A stretch of DNA of 47,343 bases from Minisyncoccia bacterium (GCA_049274895.1 JBASTM010000014.1:1-47343); one strand, 5' to 3'. Shown: positions 7,749 to 15,927, counted from the first letter of the stretch. Made by a program: numbers and translations. Notes: generated by a model from the sequence alone, not told the origin.

Positions 7749-8283
7749 TTTAGCCGATTTTTTAACCGCTTTGGCCCGCGAGCCGGAATTAAAAACCTCG
7801 CTCGCGGTATTTAAGGTTTTATTTATTATCATCTCGGTATCTTTTTTGGGCCTCACCATTTGGTTTTATAGCCGCGCCGGTTTTTTTGCCCAAAAGAAGC
7901 TTTACTATTCTTACTTTTTTAATAAAGAGAAAAAACCCGAAGCAGGTTCGGCTTTACCGTTAAAGGAACTCGCCGATTATTGGCGGCAGCTTGTTTTAAG
8001 ATTAGATTATCAGGACGAGGCCCAATGGAAACTGGCGGTGATTGAGGCCGATAATTTTTTTGACCATGCCTTAAACCTGCTCGGCTATCAAGGCGAGAGT
8101 CTGGGCGAGCGTCTGCAAAAAATCCTGCCCGAGCATTTGGCCAACATCGACGAAGTCTGGCGAGTGCATAAATTAAGAAATGCTTTGGTGCACGACGCCG
8201 CCTTCCAGATCTCGCATAGCCAGGCCCGAGACGTCATCGACACCTATTACCAGGCCTTGCGTGATTTGAAAATTTTGGAGTAA
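7732..8283 (+). CDS. Membrane-anchored hypothetical protein with a HEPN-like Rx4H motif
   Basis: 183 aa. One TM (VFKVLFIIISVSFLGLTIWFY). C-terminal helical domain with WRVHKLRNALVHD (R-x4-H). 17-nt overlap with gatA. Confidence 0.6.
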   Translation: MDFLYSLADFLTALAREPELKTSLAVFKVLFIIISVSFLGLTIWFYSRAGFFAQKKLYYSYFFNKEKKPEAGSALPLKELADYWRQLVLRLDYQDEAQWKLAVIEADNFFDHALNLLGYQGESLGERLQKILPEHLANIDEVWRVHKLRNALVHDAAFQISHSQARDVIDTYYQALRDLKILE

Positions 8284-8293
8284 AAGATTCGTG

Positions 8294-8322
8294 GAATGAT
8301 TGAAGTTCGACTTCAATCATTC
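8294..8322 (+). repeat. Palindromic hairpin family R5 (GATTGAAGT-N3-ACTTCAATC), copy 1
   Basis: 13-bp perfect stem GAATGATTGAAGT/ACTTCAATCATTC. Second copy at 47236-47258. Confidence 0.8.
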
Positions 8323-8381
8323 ATAAATACCTGTATTTTACAGTGTTTTTCGGGTCTGTTTTGGCACGGTGGTGAGAGGTA

Positions 8382-8410
8382 TTGACAAACAGCTAGGATG
8401 GGAGTATAAT
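8382..8410 (+). promoter_or_regulatory. Exact consensus sigma70-type promoter TTGACA-17-TATAAT
   Basis: TTGACA 8382-8387, 17-nt spacer counted, TATAAT 8405-8410. About 130 nt upstream of the GC-rich ORF. Confidence 0.75.
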
Positions 8411-8539
8411 TAAAACATACAGTCAGGGATAGCTCTTTTCCAAGACTGTTTAATCTAATCGCGGCGTTCGGGGGTGCCAAAGGTTCCCCCGGCGCCAATT
8501 TCTCTCATGCAGTGCTTTTTGAAAATGGGGTAAGTAGAG

Positions 8540-9496
8540 ATGGCTAAGAAGGAACGTGGTAACGGCAAGATGGGTCTGGGTGGCAAGGCGGAGCGGATGC
8601 TTCGTAGGAGCCAGGCCACCGGCGTGGGTGTGACCCAGCCCAAGCGGCTGGATCGCAACGAGACCGGCAGGTTCCTCGTCGCGGCGCTCGCGGACGAGTT
8701 GAACCCCGATCTCGGCATCTTCGTGCCGAAGTTCCCGGTCTCGGCCGGCCTGGTCCTGATGAACATGGATGGGCCGGTGGAGGCGCCCGACCCGGTCTGG
8801 AAGGGTCGGTCCATGACCTACCTCGTTCCGCATCCCGGGATCGTTTTCACCGGTGTGGTGGAGGCCAAGAACGTGGCCCACGCCGAGGCCATCGCCATCG
8901 TGGAATCTGGCTGGGCGAACGGCGTCAACAACGGGCTCGCGGCGGCTCGGGCCAAGGTCCGCGCCGGCCAGATCATCATCGACTACCTCCACTTCCTGGA
9001 GGGCAAGAACAGGGTCGAGTTCCAGCTGAACTCCGGCTTCGTGGCCGGGGACATCGTCACGGACCGCTGTCTCTCGGTGGCGGAGGAAAGCGGTGTCGCT
9101 CTCAAGTTCATCAACGTCCGTCAGAGCGCCCAGTTCGGGCACGAGGAGTTGATGGAGAGCCTCGGCGGCGTGATCACGATCCAGACCTTCGGGGGAGCGC
9201 TGGAGTATACCTACCGGCTGCCTCACCCCAAGGCCGTGGCCACCGCCGTGCGAGGTCTCGTGATCGCGGTGGAGGGCCGCGGTACGGACCAGAAGGCAGT
9301 GCAGCACTTCAGCCGCATGCCCGAAGACGAGAGGCGGTTGTTCATCTTCTCGGCCTGCGACGTGCTGGACGACCTGCTGGAGATGGAGGTTCCCGAGGCC
9401 GCCGAGGCAACCCGGGTGTCCGGCAACGGCCACGACACTGGCGACGAGGCCATCGAGACCGAGGCCGCCACGGAGGAGGTGGCCGAGACCGTCTGA
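8540..9496 (+). CDS. Hypothetical protein, GC-rich with foreign-looking codon usage (basic N-terminus, acidic C-terminal tail)
   Basis: 318-aa ORF. Third codon positions are almost all G/C (AAG, AAC, TTC, ATC, GAG), unlike the neighbours. Own promoter and terminator. No family recognised. Confidence 0.7.
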   Translation: MAKKERGNGKMGLGGKAERMLRRSQATGVGVTQPKRLDRNETGRFLVAALADELNPDLGIFVPKFPVSAGLVLMNMDGPVEAPDPVWKGRSMTYLVPHPGIVFTGVVEAKNVAHAEAIAIVESGWANGVNNGLAAARAKVRAGQIIIDYLHFLEGKNRVEFQLNSGFVAGDIVTDRCLSVAEESGVALKFINVRQSAQFGHEELMESLGGVITIQTFGGALEYTYRLPHPKAVATAVRGLVIAVEGRGTDQKAVQHFSRMPEDERRLFIFSACDVLDDLLEMEVPEAAEATRVSGNGHDTGDEAIETEAATEEVAETV

Positions 9497-9526
9497 CAGG
9501 AAGTCGACGGTGCAGTAGTTCTTTCG

Positions 9527-9561
9527 CTCCGCAGTGGACAGGATGTCCCTGCGGAGTTTTT
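9527..9561 (+). terminator. Intrinsic terminator after the GC-rich ORF
   Basis: Stem CTCCGCAGTGGACA / TGTCC-CTGCGGAG followed by TTTTT (9557-9561). Confidence 0.8.
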
Positions 9562-9565
9562 AATT

Positions 9566-9595
9566 TTGACTTTACCGCCAACATTGCGCTATATA
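9566..9595 (+). promoter_or_regulatory. Putative secD promoter TTGACT-18-TATATA
   Basis: TTGACT 9566-9571, TATATA 9590-9595. GAAGG about 11 nt upstream of the ATG at 9612. Confidence 0.5.
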
Positions 9596-9611
9596 TGAAG
9601 GTATCACAAAT

Positions 9612-10922
9612 ATGTCTCCGCGAATCGTGATTCCTCTCATAGCGGTTCTAGCCGTCGTCGCCGGTGTTTTTGTCTATCCGCCCGATTTTTTTCCTAAATC
9701 CGTCAGCCAGCCCTTCCGTCTGGGCTTGGATCTTTTAGGCGGCACCCATTTGGTGTATCAAGCCGATTTGTCCGATGTGGCCGAGGGCGACCAGGCCTCT
9801 TTTATGGAAGGACTCAAAGATGTAGTCGAGCGCCGCGTCAATTTGTTCGGAGTTTCGGAACCGGTGGTGGCCATCAACCGTTCGGGCAAGAGTTGGCGGT
9901 TAGTGGTGGAGCTCGCCGGAATCAAAGACATCAATCAAGCCATAAAAATAATCGGCGAGACGCCCTATTTGGAATTCAAAGAAGAGCGCTCCGAAGAAGA
10001 GCAAAAAAAACTGGCGGAATCTTTGCAGGGTCAGGCCGTAGATTTAAGCGTGCTGGATCCGTATTTTACTCCCACGGCTTTGACCGGCCGCTACATCAAT
10101 AAGGCCAGTTTGAGTTTCAATCCTCAAACCAGCCGACCCGAGGTTTTGCTGCAGTTTAATGAAGAAGGTAAAAATATTTTTGCCGAAATAACCCAAAAGA
10201 ATGTTGGGAAACCGCTGGCTATATATTTGGACGGCGAGCCCGTTTCAGCGCCTATAGTCCAGCAGGCCATCACCGACGGCAGCGCCCAGATCACGGGAAA
10301 TTTTTCGGTCAAGGAAGCTAAAGAATTGGTGGAAAGATTAAACTCCGGCGCTTTGCCGGTGCCGATCAATTTAATTTCCCAACAAACCGTAGGCGCCGCG
10401 CTGGGCCGCGATTCTTTGGTAAAAAGCTTGGCGGCCGGTTTCGCCGGTTTTGTTTTGGTGGCGGTGTTTATGATTTTTTGGTATCGCCTGTCCGGTTTGT
10501 TGGCGGTCGCGGCTTTGTTGATTTACGCGGTGTTGACTCTGGCGATTTTTAAGCTGATTCCGGTAACTTTAACCTTGGCCGGCATCGCCGGTTTTGTATT
10601 ATCCGTGGGTATGGCGGTAGACGCCAACATCTTGATTTTTGAAAGAATGAAAGAAGAGTTAAGAAGCGGCCAGCCCTTCGGTTTAGCTGTGGATGAGGGT
10701 TTTAGACGGGCTTGGACTTCCATACGCGATTCCAACGTTTCCAGTTTGATCACCGCTTTTATTTTGTATTGGTTCGGCGCCAGTTTGGTGCGCGGCTTTG
10801 CTTTAACTTTGATTATCGGCATTTTAATTTCTATGTTTTCGGCCATAACTTTGACGCGGACATTTTTGAAAGTATTTGTCGGCACCAGATTAAGCACGGT
10901 CAAAGCGCTCTGGAGGCAATAA
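9612..10922 (+). CDS. secD: Protein translocase subunit SecD
   Basis: 436 aa. N-terminal TM, periplasmic domain (LGLDLLGGTHLVYQ), C-terminal 5-TM bundle. Followed by secF. Confidence 0.9.
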   Translation: MSPRIVIPLIAVLAVVAGVFVYPPDFFPKSVSQPFRLGLDLLGGTHLVYQADLSDVAEGDQASFMEGLKDVVERRVNLFGVSEPVVAINRSGKSWRLVVELAGIKDINQAIKIIGETPYLEFKEERSEEEQKKLAESLQGQAVDLSVLDPYFTPTALTGRYINKASLSFNPQTSRPEVLLQFNEEGKNIFAEITQKNVGKPLAIYLDGEPVSAPIVQQAITDGSAQITGNFSVKEAKELVERLNSGALPVPINLISQQTVGAALGRDSLVKSLAAGFAGFVLVAVFMIFWYRLSGLLAVAALLIYAVLTLAIFKLIPVTLTLAGIAGFVLSVGMAVDANILIFERMKEELRSGQPFGLAVDEGFRRAWTSIRDSNVSSLITAFILYWFGASLVRGFALTLIIGILISMFSAITLTRTFLKVFVGTRLSTVKALWRQ

Positions 10923-11174
10923 GGGCTTGGCCCAAGAAACGGAACGAAGTGAACGTTTCTTGGTGGCCAAACCTTACCCCAGCCCCAATTTTGCAATGGA
11001 TTAGCAAGCGAAGCGCGAGTGGCGAATAGCCACACCCCTAATAAGGGCGCAGCGCTTCGCCCCTAGCGGAATCCCGCTATTCGCGGGGCGCACTGCGCGA
11101 AATCAACCGAAGCAAAATCGGGGCGGGGTGCTCAATTTTAATAATTACTCACTTCGTTCGTAAATAAAATTGGC
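10923..11174 (+). repeat. Structured intergenic element splitting secD and secF (nested hairpins; homologous to 37685-37852)
   Basis: Hairpin 10933-10962 with loop GAACGAAGTGAA. Long stem 10977-10993 / 11113-11128 enclosing a GC-rich nested insert. Ends in GCTCAATTTTA...ATAAAATTGGC-ATG. Confidence 0.7.
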
Positions 11175-12062
11175 ATGTTAGCTATTATTCCCAATAAAAA
11201 AGTTTTTCTAATCGTCTCGGGCGTGTTGGTGGCCGGGAGTATTTTAGTTCTGGCCGGGTGGGGTTTGAAACTGGGCATTGATTTTACGGGAGGTTCGCTC
11301 TGGGAAATGGAATTTAAAAGCCTCCGGCCGCACAACGAGGAAATTCTAACAGCTTTGGCCGGCTACAAAATTGAGCCCGCGGTTTTTCAACCCACTGGCG
11401 AGCGGGGTCTTATAATGAAATTTCGTGCCGTCAACGAAAACACGCACGAAGCTATGAAACGAGACCTGAATGATCTTTCGGCTCTGGAGGAGCGCCGGTT
11501 TGATTCCATTGGGCCCACTCTCGGTCGGGAACTTCAAAAAAAATCGCTCCAAGCCGTTGGTTATGTTTTGGTGTTGATAGTTAGCTATATTGCCTGGGCC
11601 TTTAGAAAGGTTTCCCAGCCGGTGTCTTCGTGGAAGTACGGGCTTATTGCCGTCACCGCCTTGGTTCATGATGTTACTATTCCCACTGGGGCATTTGCGA
11701 TTTTGGGCCATTTTTACGGAGTGGAGGTTGACTCTTTTTTTGTGACGGCTATGCTTACGGTTATGGGTTTTTCGGTACACGATACCATTGTGGTTTTTGA
11801 CCGCATCCGTGAGAACTTAAAACGTCGGCCGGGCGACGATTTTTCGCTTACCATCAATGCTAGCGTCAACGAAACCTTGGCCCGCTCCATCAATACCTCG
11901 TTGACCGTGTTGTTGGTGCTTCTAGCCATATACTTTCTAGGCGGGGTCAGTGTAAAGTACTTTGCTTTGGCCCTTATTTTAGGCGTGTTTTTTGGCACTT
12001 ATTCCTCGATTTTCGTGGCGGGGCCGTTACTATCGTACTGGGCCGGGCGAGGCCGGCGCTAG
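11175..12062 (+). CDS. secF: Protein translocase subunit SecF
   Basis: 295 aa. LGIDFTGGSLWE motif and a 6-TM SecF-type topology. Confidence 0.9.
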   Translation: MLAIIPNKKVFLIVSGVLVAGSILVLAGWGLKLGIDFTGGSLWEMEFKSLRPHNEEILTALAGYKIEPAVFQPTGERGLIMKFRAVNENTHEAMKRDLNDLSALEERRFDSIGPTLGRELQKKSLQAVGYVLVLIVSYIAWAFRKVSQPVSSWKYGLIAVTALVHDVTIPTGAFAILGHFYGVEVDSFFVTAMLTVMGFSVHDTIVVFDRIRENLKRRPGDDFSLTINASVNETLARSINTSLTVLLVLLAIYFLGGVSVKYFALALILGVFFGTYSSIFVAGPLLSYWAGRGRR

Positions 12063-12238
12063 GGAAGTTTAGCCACTAGGGGGTGGGTCCTATTTGACTT
12101 ATTTTTAAGGGAATGCTAGTCTTTATAAAGTCAATAATTACAAGTTAATCCCGCTCTTTTTGTCCATACCGGTAAGTCTATAAGAAATAGGGTCGGGCTG
12201 GACTGCGATTTGCACAAAAAGCGCAGGGACTAATCAAA

Positions 12239-13270
12239 ATGGTTAAGTTTGAAATCAAAAAATTAATTAACCGATTAGTGGAAAACTTGTCGGATCGTTC
12301 TAGGGACGTTATTTTGTCCCGCTTTGGCATTGGCCAGGATGATTACGAAACTCTGGAGGCCATCGGCCAGCGCTACGGCATTACCCGCGAAAGGGTGCGC
12401 CAGATAGAGGCCGATGCTTTGAGGCATATTAAAAGCCCGGCTAACGAACCGTTGGTCAAGCCGGTTGTAACCGCGCTGGGTGAATTTGTTAAGTCTCGCG
12501 GCGGAGTTATGGAAGAGGCCGAACTTAAAGCTTCTTTTGCCTCCAACCATTTTGAGGCCAAACCGGAACCACTAAAAAAGTACGAAGGCGCTGTGATGTT
12601 TTTTTTGCAGCTCGCCGGCAATTTTACGCGCACCAAAGAAGACGATAACTTCTGGCCCCGCTGGGCTTTAGACAACGCCGCGCTTAAAAATCAGGAAGGT
12701 TTTGTCAATCACCTGATCAGCCAGTTCAAAAAAGAAAAGCACGTGGTGGCTGCGGGCGAATTTACCGTCTGGGCCAAAAAGTATAATCCGGCTTTGAGCC
12801 CGGAGGCAGTACTGGCTTTTCTGACTTCGGCTAAAAATATCTCTAAAAATTCTTTTGACGAATGGGGTTTGATTTCTTGGGCCGAAATTTCGCCCCGCGG
12901 CGTTCGCGATAAAGCTTACTTGGTGATGAAGCGCACTCAAAAACCGCTCCACTTTACCGAGGTGGCTAGCGAAATCAATAAGGCCGCTTTTTCAGAGCGC
13001 GTGGCTTTGCCGCAAACCGTCCATAACGAACTTATTAAAGACGGCCGGTTTGTGCTGGTGGGCCGCGGCCTTTACGCTTTGAAAGATTGGGGCTACGAGG
13101 CCGGCACCGTGAAAGACGTTATCAAAAGCGTGCTTTCGTCTGGCGGCCCGATGAACCGCGAAGAGGTGATCAAGGCCGTTTTGTCCAAGCGCATGGTCAA
13201 ACCCTCCACCATCATTTTGAACCTGAACGGTTTTAAGAAGAGGGAAGACAACAAGTATCACTTGGCTTAA
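12239..13270 (+). CDS. Sigma-70 region 4-like HTH protein with C-terminal HARE-HTH-like domain
   Basis: 343 aa. ETLEAIGQRYGITRERVRQIEADALRHIK is a region 4.2-type HTH. C-terminal ...PLHFTEVASEI...DGRFVLVGRGLYALKDWG resembles HARE-HTH. Confidence 0.55.
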   Translation: MVKFEIKKLINRLVENLSDRSRDVILSRFGIGQDDYETLEAIGQRYGITRERVRQIEADALRHIKSPANEPLVKPVVTALGEFVKSRGGVMEEAELKASFASNHFEAKPEPLKKYEGAVMFFLQLAGNFTRTKEDDNFWPRWALDNAALKNQEGFVNHLISQFKKEKHVVAAGEFTVWAKKYNPALSPEAVLAFLTSAKNISKNSFDEWGLISWAEISPRGVRDKAYLVMKRTQKPLHFTEVASEINKAAFSERVALPQTVHNELIKDGRFVLVGRGLYALKDWGYEAGTVKDVIKSVLSSGGPMNREEVIKAVLSKRMVKPSTIILNLNGFKKREDNKYHLA

Positions 13271-13293
13271 TGTTGAACATCCGATGTTCAACA
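13271..13293 (+). repeat. Palindromic hairpin family R3 (TGTYRAACATYSGATGTTYRACA), copy 1
   Basis: TGTTGAACATCCGATGTTCAACA starts 1 nt after the stop codon. Other copies at 36262, 42584/42615 and 47297. Confidence 0.85.
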
Positions 13294-13322
13294 GTGTCCA
13301 TCAGTTGGTTAAGTCTAAAAAG

Positions 13323-13358
13323 TACCGCGAGCTTACGATCGTAAGCTCGCGGTATTTT
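13323..13358 (+). terminator. Intrinsic terminator (family R6 core GAGCTTACGATCGTAAGCTC)
   Basis: 32-nt perfect palindrome TACCGCGAGCTTACGA/TCGTAAGCTCGCGGTA followed by TTTT. Confidence 0.75.
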
Positions 13359-13361
13359 GTT

Positions 13362-13390
13362 TTGACTTTGGCGAGTTGATATTTTAGAAT
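13362..13390 (+). promoter_or_regulatory. Promoter TTGACT-17-TAGAAT
   Basis: Hexamers at 13362-13367 and 13385-13390; spacer counted as 17. Confidence 0.6.
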
Positions 13391-13439
13391 ATAGTCAATT
13401 CAAGTTGTTCTTTAATTCTCTAACAGGAGGAATAAAATA

Positions 13440-13739
13440 ATGGGCTGGTATTTGATGTACCGGTTTCATCCCCAAGGCGATGATGGTATTGCTCGGTACA
13501 AGTTTAGGATAATAGGTGTACCTACTAGTGCGCGCGATCAAACGACCTATGCTAAAGCCACAGAGATTGGCCGGTGCATCTGGCGAAACATAATAGAAGA
13601 AAGTGCTTCTGACCCGGACGAAATCAGCAGTCCCGAAATTGTTTGGAGATTTCCGTTAGAAAGTATACAAGATGATCCCGTTGAAGCCATACCTGTGGAT
13701 TCGGGAATCCACCAGCCCGATGAAACCGCCGAGCGATAG
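13440..13739 (+). CDS. Small stand-alone hypothetical protein (99 aa, acidic C-terminus)
   Basis: Strong SD AGGAGG upstream of the ATG. Own promoter and own terminator. No family recognised. Confidence 0.6.
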   Translation: MGWYLMYRFHPQGDDGIARYKFRIIGVPTSARDQTTYAKATEIGRCIWRNIIEESASDPDEISSPEIVWRFPLESIQDDPVEAIPVDSGIHQPDETAER

Positions 13740-13745
13740 CCCCAT

Positions 13746-13782
13746 CCCGTTAGAAGCCTTAAGGCTTCTAACGGGATTTTTT
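13746..13782 (+). terminator. Intrinsic terminator CCCGTTAGAAGCC-TTAA-GGCTTCTAACGGG + T-tract
   Basis: 13-bp perfect stem, then ATTTTTTG. The stem sequence is identical to the inverted repeat in the pilin leader (1057-1159). Confidence 0.85.
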
Positions 13783-13998
13783 GTGATGTTAACAAATAAA
13801 GGCGATCACTGGCGAGTGTTAACATTCTTTTTTCCGGACTTGCGACTAATAAGGAGTATTATGTTATTAAAAATGTTAGCCCTCAAAATTTGACATCCGG
13901 TCAATTAGTTGCTTTTATAGTATATACGTCAGAGATGGCTGTTTGAGACAGTGCGGCCAGCTCTTTAAAATCCTAACCCTTCAAAAGGAGAGTGTCAG

Positions 13999-15897
13999 AT
14001 GTTCAAGTTTTCTCTGATGGCGTTTTTTTTGGCCACGCTGGTGTGGTCGTGCGGAGACGGGAAAAAAATACCAACCTCTCCGCCGAATCACGAGGAAGAT
14101 ATAGAAAAGTCTCCAACCAGCGGCGGCGAAGTTGTTTCCCATAACTGGGATTTGAGCCGTACAGTACCCTTGGATTCTGTGCGGGCTTTTAAACCCGATG
14201 CCAAACTTTTTGTTAGAACCGCTTTTGGCGGCGAGAGTCTGGAGGATTTTGAAGTCAAATTTGTGGCTGTGGTTGACGGTGAATTGCCGGATATTTCTCT
14301 CATTATGCTGGAGGCTTCCGACCCGCGCCTGGTGGCATTGGGCGGGGCGGCTCAAGGCATGAGCGGCTCGCCCGTGTTTTGCGAGCAAGGTGTAGTTGGC
14401 GCTCTGGCTTATGGTTTTGATATGCAAAATCATCCGCCATATTACTTTATGGCCACGCCTTTGGAAGCCATGATCAACGGAATCTTTCGCGATTCTGATA
14501 CGGTTCTTAAGGCTGGAAAGATGGCGTCCATCAATGGCAATAAATTAAAGCCATTGTCGCCGGCGTTTTTGGCGACTGGAGTTTCTTCGCGTCTGGTAAA
14601 ACATCTGGAAGCGAACAGTTCCAGTTACAGCCAGATAGTCGGGTCTTTGGTGTCTAATGTTTCTTCGGCTAGCCGCGCCAGCGATTTTGAACAGAAATTT
14701 GAACCCGGCAGTCCTTTAGCCGTCGCGCTTTTGGTGGGTGACGATGTAAATATGGCTGCTGTGGGCACTGTTACATACACCACGGGTAATAAGATAATCG
14801 GTTTCGGCCATCCGTTTACCTGGCTGGGGCCTGTGGAATATCCCATCATTGGCGCTAAAGTTCTGGTTGAAATTTCCAATCTGTTTTCACCTTTCAAATT
14901 CGCGGTTTTGAACAGCGATATTCTGGGGGTGATTACAGCCGATCGCCTGCCCGGCATAGGCGGAGCACTGGGTCGTGAACCCGAGATGATAGAGTTGGCG
15001 ACAACGGCCAAGATGAACGGAGAGAATTTTTTATGGAAGCACCGGTTGACCGAATCCGGCCCGCCGGATCTGCAGGCGTTTGCGGGTATGGTGGGGCTCT
15101 TTGGCCCAATGGTTAATAGGGTGGACGATGTAACCGGTTCCAGTTTTCGGGTTAGCACCCGTATAATCTTTAAGGATTACTACACCGAGGTTTACAATAC
15201 CCGCTTATATGCTTGGCCGGGGAGGGTGGCTTCGGAGTTATTGTTCACGGCGGCCGATGAGTATGCTTTTGGCACTTACTTGCCGCTGGTTTTTAATCGT
15301 GAATTACCTCTACAGCCGAAGGAAGTAATAGTTACCATAGAAATGGTGGATAGTCTGCTCGTAGGGCAAATTGCCAAAGTCAAGGCGGATACATTGGCCA
15401 CGGCTGGAGATGTTTTACCGGTGGGTGTGATGTTAAAAGTCGGATTGCTGGAGGAAAGATGGGTTAATTTTGAAATCGCCCTGCCCGACACTTTTCCGCC
15501 CGGGGTTTATAATATTGAAGTCGGCCCCGGCGATATGATTTACGGCGAGCCGTTTCCCGAAGGCGAATTTGAAAGAGTTTGGCCCGATACCAATATTTCT
15601 TACGAACCGACTTTGGAGGAACTGCTTCAGCAGATAAATTCGGAGGATAAAAAAACTATCCTCCAGGTACGCCTCAATCTGCGGAGCCCTGATGTGCCCG
15701 ATGAACCCGTCTATCCGGTGTATCCTCCTCCACCGACACCATATCCGGGTTTGGGAACGGAGAAACAATATGGTGAAATGGAGTCTGATACGCCGGAGGC
15801 TATGGTTATTCCGCCGCCCATAGCCGTCACCCAGCCGACTGGTCTTGTTATAACCGGTTCCAGAGCCAGAGGGATTAGGTTAAAGAATAAAAAATAA
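13999..15897 (+). CDS. Lipoprotein with N-terminal trypsin-fold / SpoIVB(S55)-like serine protease domain and a large C-terminal domain
   Basis: 632 aa. SD AAGGAG 8 nt upstream. Signal peptide ending LVWSC (lipobox-like). Ordered H (VVSHN), D (PDISLIML), S (GMSGSPVF) motifs. Confidence 0.65.
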   Translation: MFKFSLMAFFLATLVWSCGDGKKIPTSPPNHEEDIEKSPTSGGEVVSHNWDLSRTVPLDSVRAFKPDAKLFVRTAFGGESLEDFEVKFVAVVDGELPDISLIMLEASDPRLVALGGAAQGMSGSPVFCEQGVVGALAYGFDMQNHPPYYFMATPLEAMINGIFRDSDTVLKAGKMASINGNKLKPLSPAFLATGVSSRLVKHLEANSSSYSQIVGSLVSNVSSASRASDFEQKFEPGSPLAVALLVGDDVNMAAVGTVTYTTGNKIIGFGHPFTWLGPVEYPIIGAKVLVEISNLFSPFKFAVLNSDILGVITADRLPGIGGALGREPEMIELATTAKMNGENFLWKHRLTESGPPDLQAFAGMVGLFGPMVNRVDDVTGSSFRVSTRIIFKDYYTEVYNTRLYAWPGRVASELLFTAADEYAFGTYLPLVFNRELPLQPKEVIVTIEMVDSLLVGQIAKVKADTLATAGDVLPVGVMLKVGLLEERWVNFEIALPDTFPPGVYNIEVGPGDMIYGEPFPEGEFERVWPDTNISYEPTLEELLQQINSEDKKTILQVRLNLRSPDVPDEPVYPVYPPPPTPYPGLGTEKQYGEMESDTPEAMVIPPPIAVTQPTGLVITGSRARGIRLKNKK

Positions 15898-15927
15898 GCT
15901 CCGGCGCAATTTGTCGGAGCGGCTTGT

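Noticed and set aside
8450-9433. 327-aa minus-strand ORF antisense to the GC-rich gene, plus other overlapping ORFs at 8455-8814, 9223-9471 and 9342-9584.
   Set aside because: Typical shadow ORFs of high-GC DNA. Their translations are Arg/His/Gly/Leu-rich low-complexity sequence. They have no start context. The plus-strand frame shows the strong G/C third-position bias expected of the real gene.
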